Part shown: in pieces, positions 1 to 12,581 of the stretch | Position numbering within the stretch: position 1 is the stretch's first letter | Layout of the letters: the number at the start of each line of letters is the position of its first letter | From: Nitrospirota bacterium | GTDB taxonomy: Bacteria > Nitrospirota > UBA9217 | Direction: 5' to 3' | Length of the DNA: 64,000 nt | Assembly: GCA_963741205.1 (NCBI GenBank) | Contig: CAVUHW010000026.1 | Location: 317,395-381,394 of the forward strand | The notes under the pieces: model-generated | The model's input: the letters and a program-made list of their open reading frames with translations, nothing else | What the model was told of the DNA's origin: nothing | Database searches by the model: none | Made by a program: the position numbers and the translations under genes

Positions 1-323
1 TCTTCTCCACTTCACGCTCCAGGTGACGAACCCTATCTATCGCGGCAGTCTCCAACAAGGACGCCCTCGGCAGACCGGATACGCTCATGATGGTGGTCAG
101 AAGTTTTCAGAATATCGGAATTTCAGGAATCTACCTGCTGTCTCTTGCCGCCCTTGGACTGCATCTGCTCCACGGCATCCAGAGTTCATTCCAGTCCTGG
201 GGACTCACAAACGACCAAACGCTGCCGGTCATTGAAGCATCGGGAACCGCGGCTTCTATCGCACTCTTTTTCTGGTATTGCGCGATCCCGGTTTCGATTG
301 TGTTGGGGATATTTAAGGGATGA
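1..323 (+). CDS. sdhC: succinate dehydrogenase/fumarate reductase cytochrome b subunit (3' part; starts before window)
   Basis: Hydrophobic ORF with LGLHLLHGIQSSFQSWG heme-ligand motif, directly upstream of sdhA. Confidence 0.85.
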
Positions 324-452
324 GATGATCCGATAGCAGCCATTCCCACACGGCAGGCATGGATTTTCTCTTTTTCACTTCCTGGCTTTGTGCGAGACAG
401 GTTTTATGCGACGTTGTCATATTCAGTTCTCGTTATCTGGAGCTTATCAAAG

Positions 453-2366
<1,914 letters not shown>

Positions 2367-2390
2367 ATTGCGGAATGCGCAATAAAGGTC

Positions 2391-2477
2391 GTCATTCCCG
2401 CCCCTGCTTTAAGCATGCTGGGGCAGGCTCAAGCGGGAATCCAGGGTCTCTGGAGTCCGGGTCAAGCCCGGAATGAC
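2391..2477. repeat. REP-like palindromic element (GTCATTCC...GGAATGAC) with nested CCTGC...GCAGG insert
   Basis: Terminal inverted repeat gtcattcc/ggaatgac; internal attcccgc...gcgggaat; ccgggtcaagcccgg hairpin. Confidence 0.7.
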
Positions 2478-2495
2478 AGTCGGGATGATTCTTTT

Positions 2496-3239
2496 ATGAA
2501 CTTAACCCTCTATGTTTGGCGTCAAAAAGGCCCCAAGGACAAAGGCAATCTCGTCCGGTACGAAGCAAAGGACATCAGCTCAGACATGTCCTTTCTTGAA
2601 ATGCTCGACACCGTGAACGAGGGCCTTATCAAACAAGGGGACGAGCCCATCGCGTTTGACAGCGATTGCCGCGAGGGCATCTGCGGCATGTGCGGCCAGG
2701 TCGTGAACGGCATCCCGCACGGGCCGCGGAAGAACACGACGGTCTGCCAGCTCCACATGCGCCGCTTCAAGGACGGCGACACGATCTACATCGAGCCGTT
2801 CCGCGCCAAGGCCTTCCCGGTAATAAAAGACCTCGTCGTGGACCGGAGCGCATTCGACAGAATCATCCAGGCCGGGGGCTACATCTCAGTCCACACGGGC
2901 GGCGTACCCGACGGCAACGCGGTCCTCATTCCGAAGCAGGACGCAGATACGGCCATGGACGCTGCCGAGTGCATCGGCTGCGGCGCCTGCGTCGCTGCCT
3001 GCCCGAACGGTTCGGCCATGCTCTTTACTTCCGCGAAGGTATCACACCTTGCTATGCTGCCCCAGGGAAAACCCGAAGCCGCCCGCAGGGTCTGCGTCAT
3101 GACCGAGGAAATGCTGAAGCAGGGTTTCGGCAATTGCAGCAATCACTACGAGTGCGAGGCCGTCTGTCCCAAGGGGATCAAGGTGAAGTTCATCGCAAAA
3201 CTCAACCGTGAATTTATCAAGGCGCAAATGCCGGGATAA
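2496..3239 (+). CDS. sdhB: succinate dehydrogenase/fumarate reductase iron-sulfur subunit
   Basis: [22 protein letters not shown] and [12 protein letters not shown] Fe-S motifs. Confidence 0.95.
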   Translation: MNLTLYVWRQKGPKDKGNLVRYEAKDISSDMSFLEMLDTVNEGLIKQGDEPIAFDSDCREGICGMCGQVVNGIPHGPRKNTTVCQLHMRRFKDGDTIYIEPFRAKAFPVIKDLVVDRSAFDRIIQAGGYISVHTGGVPDGNAVLIPKQDADTAMDAAECIGCGACVAACPNGSAMLFTSAKVSHLAMLPQGKPEAARRVCVMTEEMLKQGFGNCSNHYECEAVCPKGIKVKFIAKLNREFIKAQMPG

Positions 3240-3360
3240 GACAGCGGCAAAAAGAAGGAAACAGTGTCCGACAAATGTTTTACCATCGGGGTTCCTATAG
3301 TGTACAATATACTGCGTAAGTAAGGCGACGTTAATTCCACGATACGAGGGAGGAGAGACA

Positions 3361-4623
3361 ATGAAAAGAGTACTGGCATTACTGCTCATGGCGATTTTCA
3401 TCGTACCAACCATCGCGACGGCTGCAACGGTGAAGTTGGGCTTCATCAATGCAATCACCGGTCCGGAAGCGCCCATCGGTGAGAACCTGTCGAACGGCGT
3501 GACCCTCGCCATTGAAGACCTGAAGAAAAAGGGCATCGATGTGGACCTGGTCAAGGAAGACGATACCGGCAAACCCGATAAATCGCTGGCCGCATTCGAG
3601 AAACTCGCCACTCGGGATAACGTCGCGGGCATCGTGGGCCCCTACACGTCGGCCACGGCCAACGCCGACGCCAAGATAGCCGAACGCTACAAAGTTCCGT
3701 TGATCGTTCCGGCAGCCTCTAAGGAGGAAATCACACGACAGGGCCTCAAGTGGACTTTCCGGGTTTCGGGCACGACCGGCGACTACGCGGGCGTGCTGCT
3801 CGACCTCGCCACGACCCTCGGCAAACCCAAGACGATCGCGATCCTGAACGAAAATACCGACTTCGGCGTTTCAGCGGCAAAGAGCGCCAAGACCATTGCA
3901 GAACAGAAGGGCATCAAGGTGGTCTTCGAGGAAGCCTACTCCAAAGGCTCTCCTGACTACCGCTCCACCCTTGCCAAAGTAAAGGCCACGAACCCCGACC
4001 TCGTGTTCATGGTTTCCTATGTGGCCGATGCCATCCTGCTCATGCGTCAATCGCGCGAGATCGGGCTTACACCCATGGCCTTCCTCGGCGCGGGCGCAGG
4101 GTTCTCGGTGGCCCAGTTCGCCAAAGAGCAAGACATCAGCAACGGCATCTTCTCCTCCACACAATGGACCGAAGACGCGCCGTGGGGCAACTCCAAGGCA
4201 TGGTTCAAACGCTATGAGAAACAGTTCGGAAAAGCTCCTACGTATCACGCAGCCTGCGCGTACGAGTCGATGATGATCATGGGCCAGGCCGCAGCTGCCG
4301 TGGGCGGGGACCGCGAGAAATTGCGCGAAGCGCTTCACACCGGCAAGTGGAACGGCATCCTCGGCGAGGTTTCCTTCCCGGACTTTGAGGGTTACCAGAA
4401 CCAGCGCAAAGCCTTGATGCTGGTCGAGCAGGTGCAGAACGGACAGCACGAGACCGTATGGCCGCTCAAGGAAGCCGCCAAGAAGCCTATTTGGCCGTTC
4501 CCGGGCTGGAAAAAGTACGGATGTTATGAAGGGTCAAGCAGCAAGGGTCATGGGTCACAGATCTTGTTGCCTTCCATGACTCCTTGCTACTTGACCCTTG
4601 ACCTCTATACAGGCAATCAATGA
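3361..4623 (+). CDS. livK: branched-chain amino acid-type ABC transporter substrate-binding protein
   Basis: Signal peptide, strong RBS (ggaggagag), Leu-binding protein signatures. True end is probably near 4515-4528; the ORF runs on through a hairpin. Confidence 0.85.
   Translation: MKRVLALLLMAIFIVPTIATAATVKLGFINAITGPEAPIGENLSNGVTLAIEDLKKKGIDVDLVKEDDTGKPDKSLAAFEKLATRDNVAGIVGPYTSATANADAKIAERYKVPLIVPAASKEEITRQGLKWTFRVSGTTGDYAGVLLDLATTLGKPKTIAILNENTDFGVSAAKSAKTIAEQKGIKVVFEEAYSKGSPDYRSTLAKVKATNPDLVFMVSYVADAILLMRQSREIGLTPMAFLGAGAGFSVAQFAKEQDISNGIFSSTQWTEDAPWGNSKAWFKRYEKQFGKAPTYHAACAYESMMIMGQAAAAVGGDREKLREALHTGKWNGILGEVSFPDFEGYQNQRKALMLVEQVQNGQHETVWPLKEAAKKPIWPFPGWKKYGCYEGSSSKGHGSQILLPSMTPCYLTLDLYTGNQ
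4531..4603. repeat. heptamer-periodic inverted-repeat hairpin (GGGTCAA/TTGACCC type)
   Basis: gggtcaagcagcaagggtcatgg ... ccatgactccttgctacttgacccttgacc. Confidence 0.7.
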
Positions 4624-5486
4624 GTGTATTCCTCCAGTCCCTGATAAGCGGCATTCTGATCGGCGGGGTTTACGCCCTGATCGGCATCGGCTTGACCATC
4701 ATCTTCGGGGTCATGCGGGTCATCAACTTCGCCCACGGCGATCTCCTGATGCTCGGCATGTATGCGACCTATTTTCTTTTCACCCTTGTCAATATTGACC
4801 CCTTTATGTCTATCGTCGTGACCATCCCGCTTATGTTCCTGTTCGGCGCATTCCTGCAAAAAGTATTCATTAACCGCATGCTCGGCGCCCTGCCCCAGAA
4901 CCAGATACTGCTCACCATCGGCATGGGCCTCGTCATGAGCAACTCGATCATGCTTGCCTTCACCTCGGATTACAAGATCCTGTCCACGACCTATTCTTCC
5001 AGCAGCTTTAATATACTGGGCATTTCGATCTCCAGCCCGCTGCTCATCTCGTTCGGCATCACCGTCGTCATCACCCTGGCCTTGTACTGGTTCCTGTATA
5101 GAACCGACACGGGCCAGGCGATCCGCGCAACGGCACAGGACCGCGACGCCGCCCAACTCATGGGGATCAACGTTAAGCGCATGTCGATCATCGCGTTCGG
5201 AATGGGGGCCGCCCTGGCAGGCACCGCGGGCGCGCTCATAGCGCCGACGTACTACATTTTCCCGCAGGTAGGCAGTGTATTCACCCTGAAGGCCTTTGTC
5301 ATCACCGTGCTCGGCGGCATGGGCAGCATCGTCGGCGCGACCCTGGGGGGCGTTCTCATCGGCATTGCAGAGTCCGTAGGCGGCGTCTATCTCGGCTCCG
5401 GGTGGAAGGACGTGATCGTGTTCATCCTGTTCCTGCTGGTGCTTCTCTTCAAGCCTTCGGGGCTTTTGGGCACGTCGAAGGATTGA
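4620..5486 (+). CDS. livH: branched-chain amino acid ABC transporter permease
   Basis: GLTIIFGVMRVINFAHGD; GQAIRATAQDRDAAQLMGIN. Confidence 0.92.
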   Translation: MSVFLQSLISGILIGGVYALIGIGLTIIFGVMRVINFAHGDLLMLGMYATYFLFTLVNIDPFMSIVVTIPLMFLFGAFLQKVFINRMLGALPQNQILLTIGMGLVMSNSIMLAFTSDYKILSTTYSSSSFNILGISISSPLLISFGITVVITLALYWFLYRTDTGQAIRATAQDRDAAQLMGINVKRMSIIAFGMGAALAGTAGALIAPTYYIFPQVGSVFTLKAFVITVLGGMGSIVGATLGGVLIGIAESVGGVYLGSGWKDVIVFILFLLVLLFKPSGLLGTSKD

Positions 5487-5727
5487 GTGGGTTTAAGAAA
5501 CCTTCTGCAAAACGCTTGAGATAGTATCGAACAAAAAAGTATTTTTTCTTTGACAAGAATGATGATCGAAAAGTACGCACGAATAAGAAGCGAGACGATG
5601 ACAACAAAAGAGGGTTTATCGATTTTCTTACGAGACCAAGAATTAATATTTCCTTCATTTGTCTTTGCGGAGACGCTTCGAGGTTTCGATTTCCGGTCCG
5701 GAAAAATATGAGCTTATCAAAAACAAC

Positions 5728-6780
5728 ATGCAGGGGATCGCCGCCATACCGGCCTTGCTGGGCGTGATTGCCGTCGCAGCGCTCTTTCTGCTTCCGAAAT
5801 TCGTCCAGAGCACCTATGCCCTCCACATGATGATCCTGATTTTCATCAGCATCATCATGGGAGCGGGCTGGAACCTCCTGGGCGGCTACACCGGCCAATA
5901 CTCGGTGGGCCATGCCGCCTACTTCGGCGCGGGCGCGTACACCACGATGGTCCTGCTGCAATACCGCCATATAGCGCCGTGGTACGGCGTCTGGGCCGGA
6001 ATCGCTATGTCCATGGTGGTCGGCCTGATTATCGGATCCATCTGCTTTCGTTTGCGCGGCCCCTATTTCGTTCTTGCGTCCATCGCCGTGGCGGAGATCT
6101 TCCGCGTCACGGCCCTGAACCTGAAAAATCTGACGAACGGCGCAGAAGGCATCCTGATAACCGACATTCCTCCGCTCAAGATCGGCGGCACCGTTATTAC
6201 CGACTTCATGTCCAAGGTTCCCTTTTACTACACTGGTCTCGTGATCGTACTCGTCGTCATCCTTGTGACCTGGCTGGTGCAAAACTCCAAACTCGGCTAC
6301 TATTTTCAAGCCATCAGGGAAGATCAGGACGCGGCGCACTCGCTCGGCATCAACCTCACCGTGTACAAGAACATTGCCCTCTCCCTCTCGGCCATATTCA
6401 CCTCCCTGGCCGGCAGCCTGTATGGACTCTATGTCGGGTTCATCGATCCCAGCACGGTCCTGGCGCTCGACCTGTCGGTCCAGATCGTCATGACCGCGAT
6501 CATCGGCGGCATCGGCACCATCTTCGGTCCGGTCATCGGCGCCCTCGTCCTGGTTCCGTTTTCCGAGGCTTTGCGCAGCAACATGATCGCCCAGGCGTTG
6601 ATCGACTCCGGCCTGGTCAAAGCAGAGTCGGGTTTCGGCATTTTCCTGAAGGAGCAGTTGTCTCACGCCCATGTCCTGATCTACGGCATTCTTCTGGTCG
6701 TCGTTATCATGTACATGCCTGACGGCGTGATGGGCTTTATGAAGAAACTCCTGGCGAAGAGACGAAAGGAGGCAGCCTGA
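5728..6780 (+). CDS. livM: branched-chain amino acid ABC transporter permease
   Basis: [20 protein letters not shown]; RLRGPYF; AIREDQDAA. Start uncertain (5708-5728). Confidence 0.9.
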   Translation: MQGIAAIPALLGVIAVAALFLLPKFVQSTYALHMMILIFISIIMGAGWNLLGGYTGQYSVGHAAYFGAGAYTTMVLLQYRHIAPWYGVWAGIAMSMVVGLIIGSICFRLRGPYFVLASIAVAEIFRVTALNLKNLTNGAEGILITDIPPLKIGGTVITDFMSKVPFYYTGLVIVLVVILVTWLVQNSKLGYYFQAIREDQDAAHSLGINLTVYKNIALSLSAIFTSLAGSLYGLYVGFIDPSTVLALDLSVQIVMTAIIGGIGTIFGPVIGALVLVPFSEALRSNMIAQALIDSGLVKAESGFGIFLKEQLSHAHVLIYGILLVVVIMYMPDGVMGFMKKLLAKRRKEAA

Positions 6781-7492
6781 TGGCAATTCTCGAGATCAAG
6801 CGCGTCAGCAAGTTTTTCGGCGGGCTGGCTGCCAATTCAGACGTCTCCTTCGAGATGAGCCAGGGAATGATCATGGGGCTTATCGGTCCGAACGGCGCGG
6901 GCAAAACCACGCTCTTCAACTGCATCACCGGCTTCTATCCGCCCTCCCGCGGAGAAATCTTCTTTGACGGCCGACCGCATGAACGGCCTGCATCCCGATG
7001 CAGTCTGCAAACTCGGCATGGCCCGAACCTGGCAGAAGGTGCGTCCCCTGGCGAAGATGACCGTCGTGGACAACGTCATGGTCGGCGCGCTCTGCCGCAC
7101 GAATTCGCTTAAAAAAGCGCGCGAGCTGGCAATGGAGCAGATCAAGGTCGTTCATCTCGAGGGCCGTATCGATTTCCGCGCAGGCAGCCTTCCCATCGGC
7201 GAACGCAAAAAACTGGAAGTGGCGCGCGTCCTGGCCACGAAGCCCAAACTACTTCTGCTCGACGAGGTCATGGGCGGGCTCAATCCGACCGAGAGCGAGG
7301 AGCTCATCCAGTTGATCCTGGATATAAAAAAACTCGGCGTTACACAGATGGTCATCGAACACGACATGAAGGCGATCATGCGCATTTCCGACAGGATCGT
7401 AGTCTTGAACTCGGGTGAGAAGCTCGCCGAGGGCAATCCCCAGGAGATCGTCTCCAACAAGGCCGTCGTCGATGCTTATCTCGGAGAGAGCA

Positions 7493-7500
<8 letters not shown>
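6780..7500 (+). CDS. livG: ABC transporter ATP-binding protein (frameshift near 6968, probably a sequencing indel)
   Basis: Walker [10 protein letters not shown] in ORF 6780; LLLLDE and IEHDM in ORF 6964..7500. Confidence 0.88.
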
Positions 7501-8197
<697 letters not shown>

Positions 8198-8211
8198 GAA
8201 GAGGCGCTATC

Positions 8212-8317
8212 AAAGCTCTCATATCGAAATCCTGATACATTTTTAAATCAAAATATTCAATACTTAATTTGGCGCTTTGACATTATTTGGTATTTAGAAA
8301 TTCGGGTTTAGAATTTT
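8212..8317. repeat. degenerate AT-rich short-period inverted-repeat element
   Basis: tatcgaaatcctgata ... tatttggtatttagaaattcgggtttagaattt; imperfect periodicity and self-complementarity. Confidence 0.45.
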
Positions 8318-8333
8318 CCATGGGAGGTGTGCC

Positions 8334-8978
8334 ATGTTCGTTTCCGATTGGATGACAAGAAAAGTCTTTACCGTCAGCATCGACGACTTTCTCTCCGATG
8401 CCGTCTCGATCATGAAGGAGCGGCGTATCAAACATCTGCCGGTCATGAAAAACGACGTACTGAAAGGCATCGTTTCCGACCGCGACATCAAGGAATACAG
8501 CCCATCCAAGGCGACCACCCTCGATGTCTACGAACTTCACTACCTGCTCGCGAACACGAAGCTCAAGGACATCGTAAAAACCAAAGTCTATTCCATCACC
8601 TCGGACACGCCCATCGAAGAAGCGGCCATGCTCATGCTCGACCAGAACATAGGGGCTCTTCCCGTGCTGGATGACGGAAAGCTCGTGGGCATCATCTCCG
8701 ACAAGGACATCTTCCACGCGCTCGTGGACATCACCGGCGTGCGCCACGGCGGCACCCGCATTTGCGTCACGATCGAGGACCGTGCCGGGTCCATCAAAGA
8801 AGTGGCCGACATCATCCGGAAGCACGGCTTCGGTCTTCGGGGGGTCTTCTCGACCTATGAGGGGGTGAAGGAAGGCTACCGCAAGGTGGTGATCAGGACT
8901 CACGGCAGGGGCAACTTCGGCGGCGTGAAGGACGAGATCGAGAGCGCTTACCGGACATGCCGGATCAAAAAAGGCTGA
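8334..8978 (+). CDS. CBS and ACT domain protein (AcuB-like)
   Basis: Tandem CBS motifs (HLPV..GIVSDRD; ALPV..GIISDKD) plus a C-terminal ACT-like region (IEDRAGSIKEVA). Confidence 0.85.
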   Translation: MFVSDWMTRKVFTVSIDDFLSDAVSIMKERRIKHLPVMKNDVLKGIVSDRDIKEYSPSKATTLDVYELHYLLANTKLKDIVKTKVYSITSDTPIEEAAMLMLDQNIGALPVLDDGKLVGIISDKDIFHALVDITGVRHGGTRICVTIEDRAGSIKEVADIIRKHGFGLRGVFSTYEGVKEGYRKVVIRTHGRGNFGGVKDEIESAYRTCRIKKG

Positions 8979-9017
8979 AGGCAATACATGCCGAATCTTT
9001 CCATCCCTGATATGCTG

Positions 9018-10781
9018 TCATCCTGTCGAATAGTTTTTTGACTTGTTCCTTCTTACTGCCTTCAGGCGTTCCAGCAGTTCCCGGTAAGGCAAGGTATTCA
9101 GTACGTCCTTTGTTTCCACCCATCCCCTTCTCGCAATGGCCACGCCGTAGGTCATATAATCGAACTGGGTCGTGACGTGCATGTCCGTGCAGATGACGAG
9201 CTGCGCGCCGTACTGCTTCGCCAGCTTGATATGCAGATCGTTCAGGTCGAGCCGCAGAGGCTGCGCGTTGATCTCCAGGGCGACGCCGTACTTTGCCGCC
9301 TCCCTGATCACCGTTTCCATGTCCACGGCATAGGCGTCCCGCTCGCCGATGAGCCTGCCCGAAGGATGGGCGATCACGGAGACGCAGGGGTTCCTGATAG
9401 CCGCGAGGATCCGTTTCGTGATCTGGTCCTGGGTCTGATTGAACCCCGAGTGGACCGATGCCACGACGATATCGAGCCCTGCCAGCGCTTCGTCGGCAAG
9501 ATCGAGCCTTCCGTCGGACCGGATATCGATCTCGGTCCCTTTCAGGATCTTGATGCCCGTATTTTTCCTGTTCGCCTCATCGATAAGCTTGATCTCGTCG
9601 GCAAGCCTCTTTTCGTCAAGGCCGTGGGCGACACCCAGACCTTTTGTGTGGTCCGTAATCGCGATATACTCGTATCCCTTCTTCACGGCCGCCTGTACGA
9701 CGGCGCCGAGGTCATGGCTTCCGTCCGACCATTTCGTATGGACGTGGAGGTCTCCCTTGATGTCGTCAACCGTGATGAGCCGCGGCAGCTTCCCCGCAAG
9801 GGCAGCATCGATTTCACCCTGGTCCTCGCGCAGTTCCGGCGGAATAAAGGGAAGTTTGAGCGCCCGGTAAACGTCCTCCTCCTGTTTCCCTCCGATCTTC
9901 TTTTCGCCGGGTTCCCTGAACACGCCGTATTCATTGATCTTGAGACCGGCCCGCACCGCTCTTTCACGGAGCTTGATATTGTGCTGCTTGCTGCCGGTGA
10001 AGTACTGGAGCGCCGCGCCGAAGGAGTCCTCCTCCACGACCCGGAGGTCCACCTGGATGCCGTCATCGGTGACGATCGACGACTTCGTCGGTCCCTGCAT
10101 CAGGACGCGGTCCGCGTGCGGCAGCTTCACGAAGGCGTCCATGACCTTTTCGGGATTCTTCGACGTGGTGAGGATGTCGATGTCCTTCACCGTCTCCTTC
10201 CACCGCCTGATGCTGCCGGCGACCTCGACCCTGTCCACGGGGGCTTCTGCTTTTATCCTCCGTACGATATCCTCGGCCAGCGGCAGGACCCTGCCCAGCG
10301 GCCGCCTCTCCGACCCTCTCTTGATGAGTTCAATCCCCTTTAGAATGTTCTCTTCGGTCTTCTTTTGGATTCCCGGCAAGCCGGAAAGCTTGCCGCTTTT
10401 GATCGCGGCTTCGAGCTCATCAACGCTCTTGATATTGAGCGCCTCATAAAACTGTTTTGCCTTTTTTGGCCCGAGGCCGGGCACGCGCAGAAGATCAAGG
10501 ACGCCCGCGGGTATTTCCTTCTTCAGTTCCTCGTGTTTGGCGATCGAGCCTTTTTCGAGATATTCATGGATCTTCCCGATGAGGTCCTTGCCGATGCCCG
10601 GGACAGCGGCCAGTTCCTCGTCCGTGAGCGAAGCTACGTCTCTTGACAGGCCGTCAATGTTCTGGGCCGCGCGCCGGTATGCCCTGACACGGAACACGTT
10701 CTCGCCCTTGAGATCGAGAAGTTCCGCGATCTCGTTAAAGATATTCGCGATCTGCTGGTTTTTCACGATGCTCTCCTCCAC
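9018..10781 (-). CDS. polX: DNA polymerase X family / PHP domain 3'-5' exonuclease
   Basis: AGSIRRWKETVKDIDIL; YFTGSKQHN; PHP motifs DLHVHT, ITDH, IAHP, TDMH. Confidence 0.95.
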   Translation of the reverse strand: MEESIVKNQQIANIFNEIAELLDLKGENVFRVRAYRRAAQNIDGLSRDVASLTDEELAAVPGIGKDLIGKIHEYLEKGSIAKHEELKKEIPAGVLDLLRVPGLGPKKAKQFYEALNIKSVDELEAAIKSGKLSGLPGIQKKTEENILKGIELIKRGSERRPLGRVLPLAEDIVRRIKAEAPVDRVEVAGSIRRWKETVKDIDILTTSKNPEKVMDAFVKLPHADRVLMQGPTKSSIVTDDGIQVDLRVVEEDSFGAALQYFTGSKQHNIKLRERAVRAGLKINEYGVFREPGEKKIGGKQEEDVYRALKLPFIPPELREDQGEIDAALAGKLPRLITVDDIKGDLHVHTKWSDGSHDLGAVVQAAVKKGYEYIAITDHTKGLGVAHGLDEKRLADEIKLIDEANRKNTGIKILKGTEIDIRSDGRLDLADEALAGLDIVVASVHSGFNQTQDQITKRILAAIRNPCVSVIAHPSGRLIGERDAYAVDMETVIREAAKYGVALEINAQPLRLDLNDLHIKLAKQYGAQLVICTDMHVTTQFDYMTYGVAIARRGWVETKDVLNTLPYRELLERLKAVRRNKSKNYSTG

Positions 10782-10952
10782 GACACAGATTCGATCACGA
10801 GTACTGAGTCTCTAATTTGATTTTATCAAGAAGAAAAATCGAACATCTTTAAGGGGGACCAGATGGGACCGAATCTTACGAACGAAGTTCCTGCTATAAT
10901 AAGATTCATATTATGATTTTCATAATTCCGTAGAAACCGGAGACCGACAGCC

Positions 10953-12257
10953 ATGATGACTCAATCATTACACCGCGATCTGCCGCTGATCCAGGACGCG
11001 GACCTGCAGGGCAAGGTGGTCCTCGTCCGCTTCGACCACAACGTCGTCAAGGGAGGGGCCATCAAGGACCCCTTCCGCATCGACCGCACCATCGGCACGC
11101 TCTTCCATATCGTGGAGCGGGGCGGCAGGCCCGTCATGATGACCCACGTGGGCAGGCCCAGGGACAAGAAGACCGGCGCCATCTCCTGCAGGCCCGAGGA
11201 GTCCGTCGAACCGATCGTGCGCTATCTGGAACAGAAGCTGCACACAAAATTTTACATCGCGGACTTTCCCCAAGACCCCGAACACGGCATCGTCGGCATC
11301 GACACTTCCATAAACCTTGCCATCCGTGAACTGCGGGAGCGGAAGATCGGAGGGATCTATCTGCCGAACTCGCGGTGGTTCCAGGGAGAGGAGTCCGGGG
11401 GAGGGCTGCGCGAGCGCTTTGCGCTCCAGCTTGCCGGCCTGGCGGATATCTACGTGAACGACGCCTTCGGCTCGTGGCAGCCCCATGCCTCCACGTACGA
11501 CATCACGAGGCACCTCCCCTCCTATGCGGGCTTCCTTTTCCAGCAGGAGATCGCGCACCTGGACGGCGTAATGAAGCCCGAACGGCCCTTCCTCGCCGTC
11601 GTGGCCGGTTCGAAGTACGACACCAAGATCAAGCCCCTTAACGCCATCTATGACAAGGTGGACCGCCTGGTGCTCGGCGGCGTCATTTACAATACCTACC
11701 TCTGCGCCAAGTACGGGGTCCGTATCAAGGGGGTGAGCGACGAGGACCGGGCCCTTGCGCGGGACCTGGTCGAAAAGGACCGGGAAGCGAACAAGATCGT
11801 CGAGCTGCCGCTCGTCGTGGAATCGGACGTCCTCGACGGAAAGATCGAGGGAAAGTACCGCACCATCTCCGTTAAGGACTTCAAGCCCGGCGGCTCCTTC
11901 GGATACGTCCTGGACATCGACCCCCGGTCTTTCGAGGCGACGGCCGTTGCCGAGGCCATCGGTACGGCAAAGACCATCTTCGTCAATGCCGTCATGGGGT
12001 TCACGCCTCACTTTGCCGCCGGTTCCCAGGCGCTCGACAACACCATAGACAAAAACCGCGATGCCATGAAGATGTACGGCGGCGGAGATACGCTTCAGGA
12101 GTTCAAGAACCTTTTGCCCGGCCTTTATCTCTCGGTCATGGATGACGCCAGCTATTACTTCTTCACCGGAGGCGGGACTGTGCTCACGGCGATCGAGCAT
12201 GGAAGCCCCTACAGCCTCGATCCGGTCAAGGCGCTGATGGACACGAAAAGGAAATGA
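10953..12257 (+). CDS. pgk: phosphoglycerate kinase (divergent type)
   Basis: VLVRFDHNV; THVGRP; YVNDAFG; GGGDT; FTGGG. Confidence 0.85.
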   Translation: MMTQSLHRDLPLIQDADLQGKVVLVRFDHNVVKGGAIKDPFRIDRTIGTLFHIVERGGRPVMMTHVGRPRDKKTGAISCRPEESVEPIVRYLEQKLHTKFYIADFPQDPEHGIVGIDTSINLAIRELRERKIGGIYLPNSRWFQGEESGGGLRERFALQLAGLADIYVNDAFGSWQPHASTYDITRHLPSYAGFLFQQEIAHLDGVMKPERPFLAVVAGSKYDTKIKPLNAIYDKVDRLVLGGVIYNTYLCAKYGVRIKGVSDEDRALARDLVEKDREANKIVELPLVVESDVLDGKIEGKYRTISVKDFKPGGSFGYVLDIDPRSFEATAVAEAIGTAKTIFVNAVMGFTPHFAAGSQALDNTIDKNRDAMKMYGGGDTLQEFKNLLPGLYLSVMDDASYYFFTGGGTVLTAIEHGSPYSLDPVKALMDTKRK

Positions 12258-12443
12258 CAGTGCTGATGATGGTGGGTAGAGGACGCACCAGCATTAAGCG
12301 AACCAGGACGAGGCATTAGCCGGGTTCGTTACAAGCGGGCTTCCTGCTACCTGACCCTGCTTACAACCACCAGAAAAATCCCCTACCTCAAAAAAAACAA
12401 CCGACACTTTCTGCTGCTTCGCTTCCATTAGTCTAGATATTTT

Positions 12444-12460
12444 TGTTACTATTTGTAACA
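12444..12460. promoter_or_regulatory. palindromic operator candidate TGTTA-N7-TAACA upstream of the MFS gene
   Basis: tgttactatttgtaaca in an AT-rich promoter region. Confidence 0.4.
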
Positions 12461-12581
12461 CAAAAAGGGTTTTTTATGTTATCATTTGGACATAAAAAAC
12501 CCGATCGATGGCTCGTCGATAATGCATTACCCTCAGACTGGCAAAACGGGTATCAGATTATCGAAGCAGAGAGGAGTGGAA

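Noticed and set aside
4510-4623. C-terminal extension of LivK reading through the heptamer hairpin
   Set aside because: One extra A in the run at ~4510-4514 would give WKKVRML* ending at 4528, so this is probably a homopolymer error rather than repeat exaptation.
5487-5700. AT-rich 200-bp gap inside the liv operon as an ncRNA or MITE
   Set aside because: Only one short end-like motif (ttttcttacgagacca), with no partner or second copy in the window.
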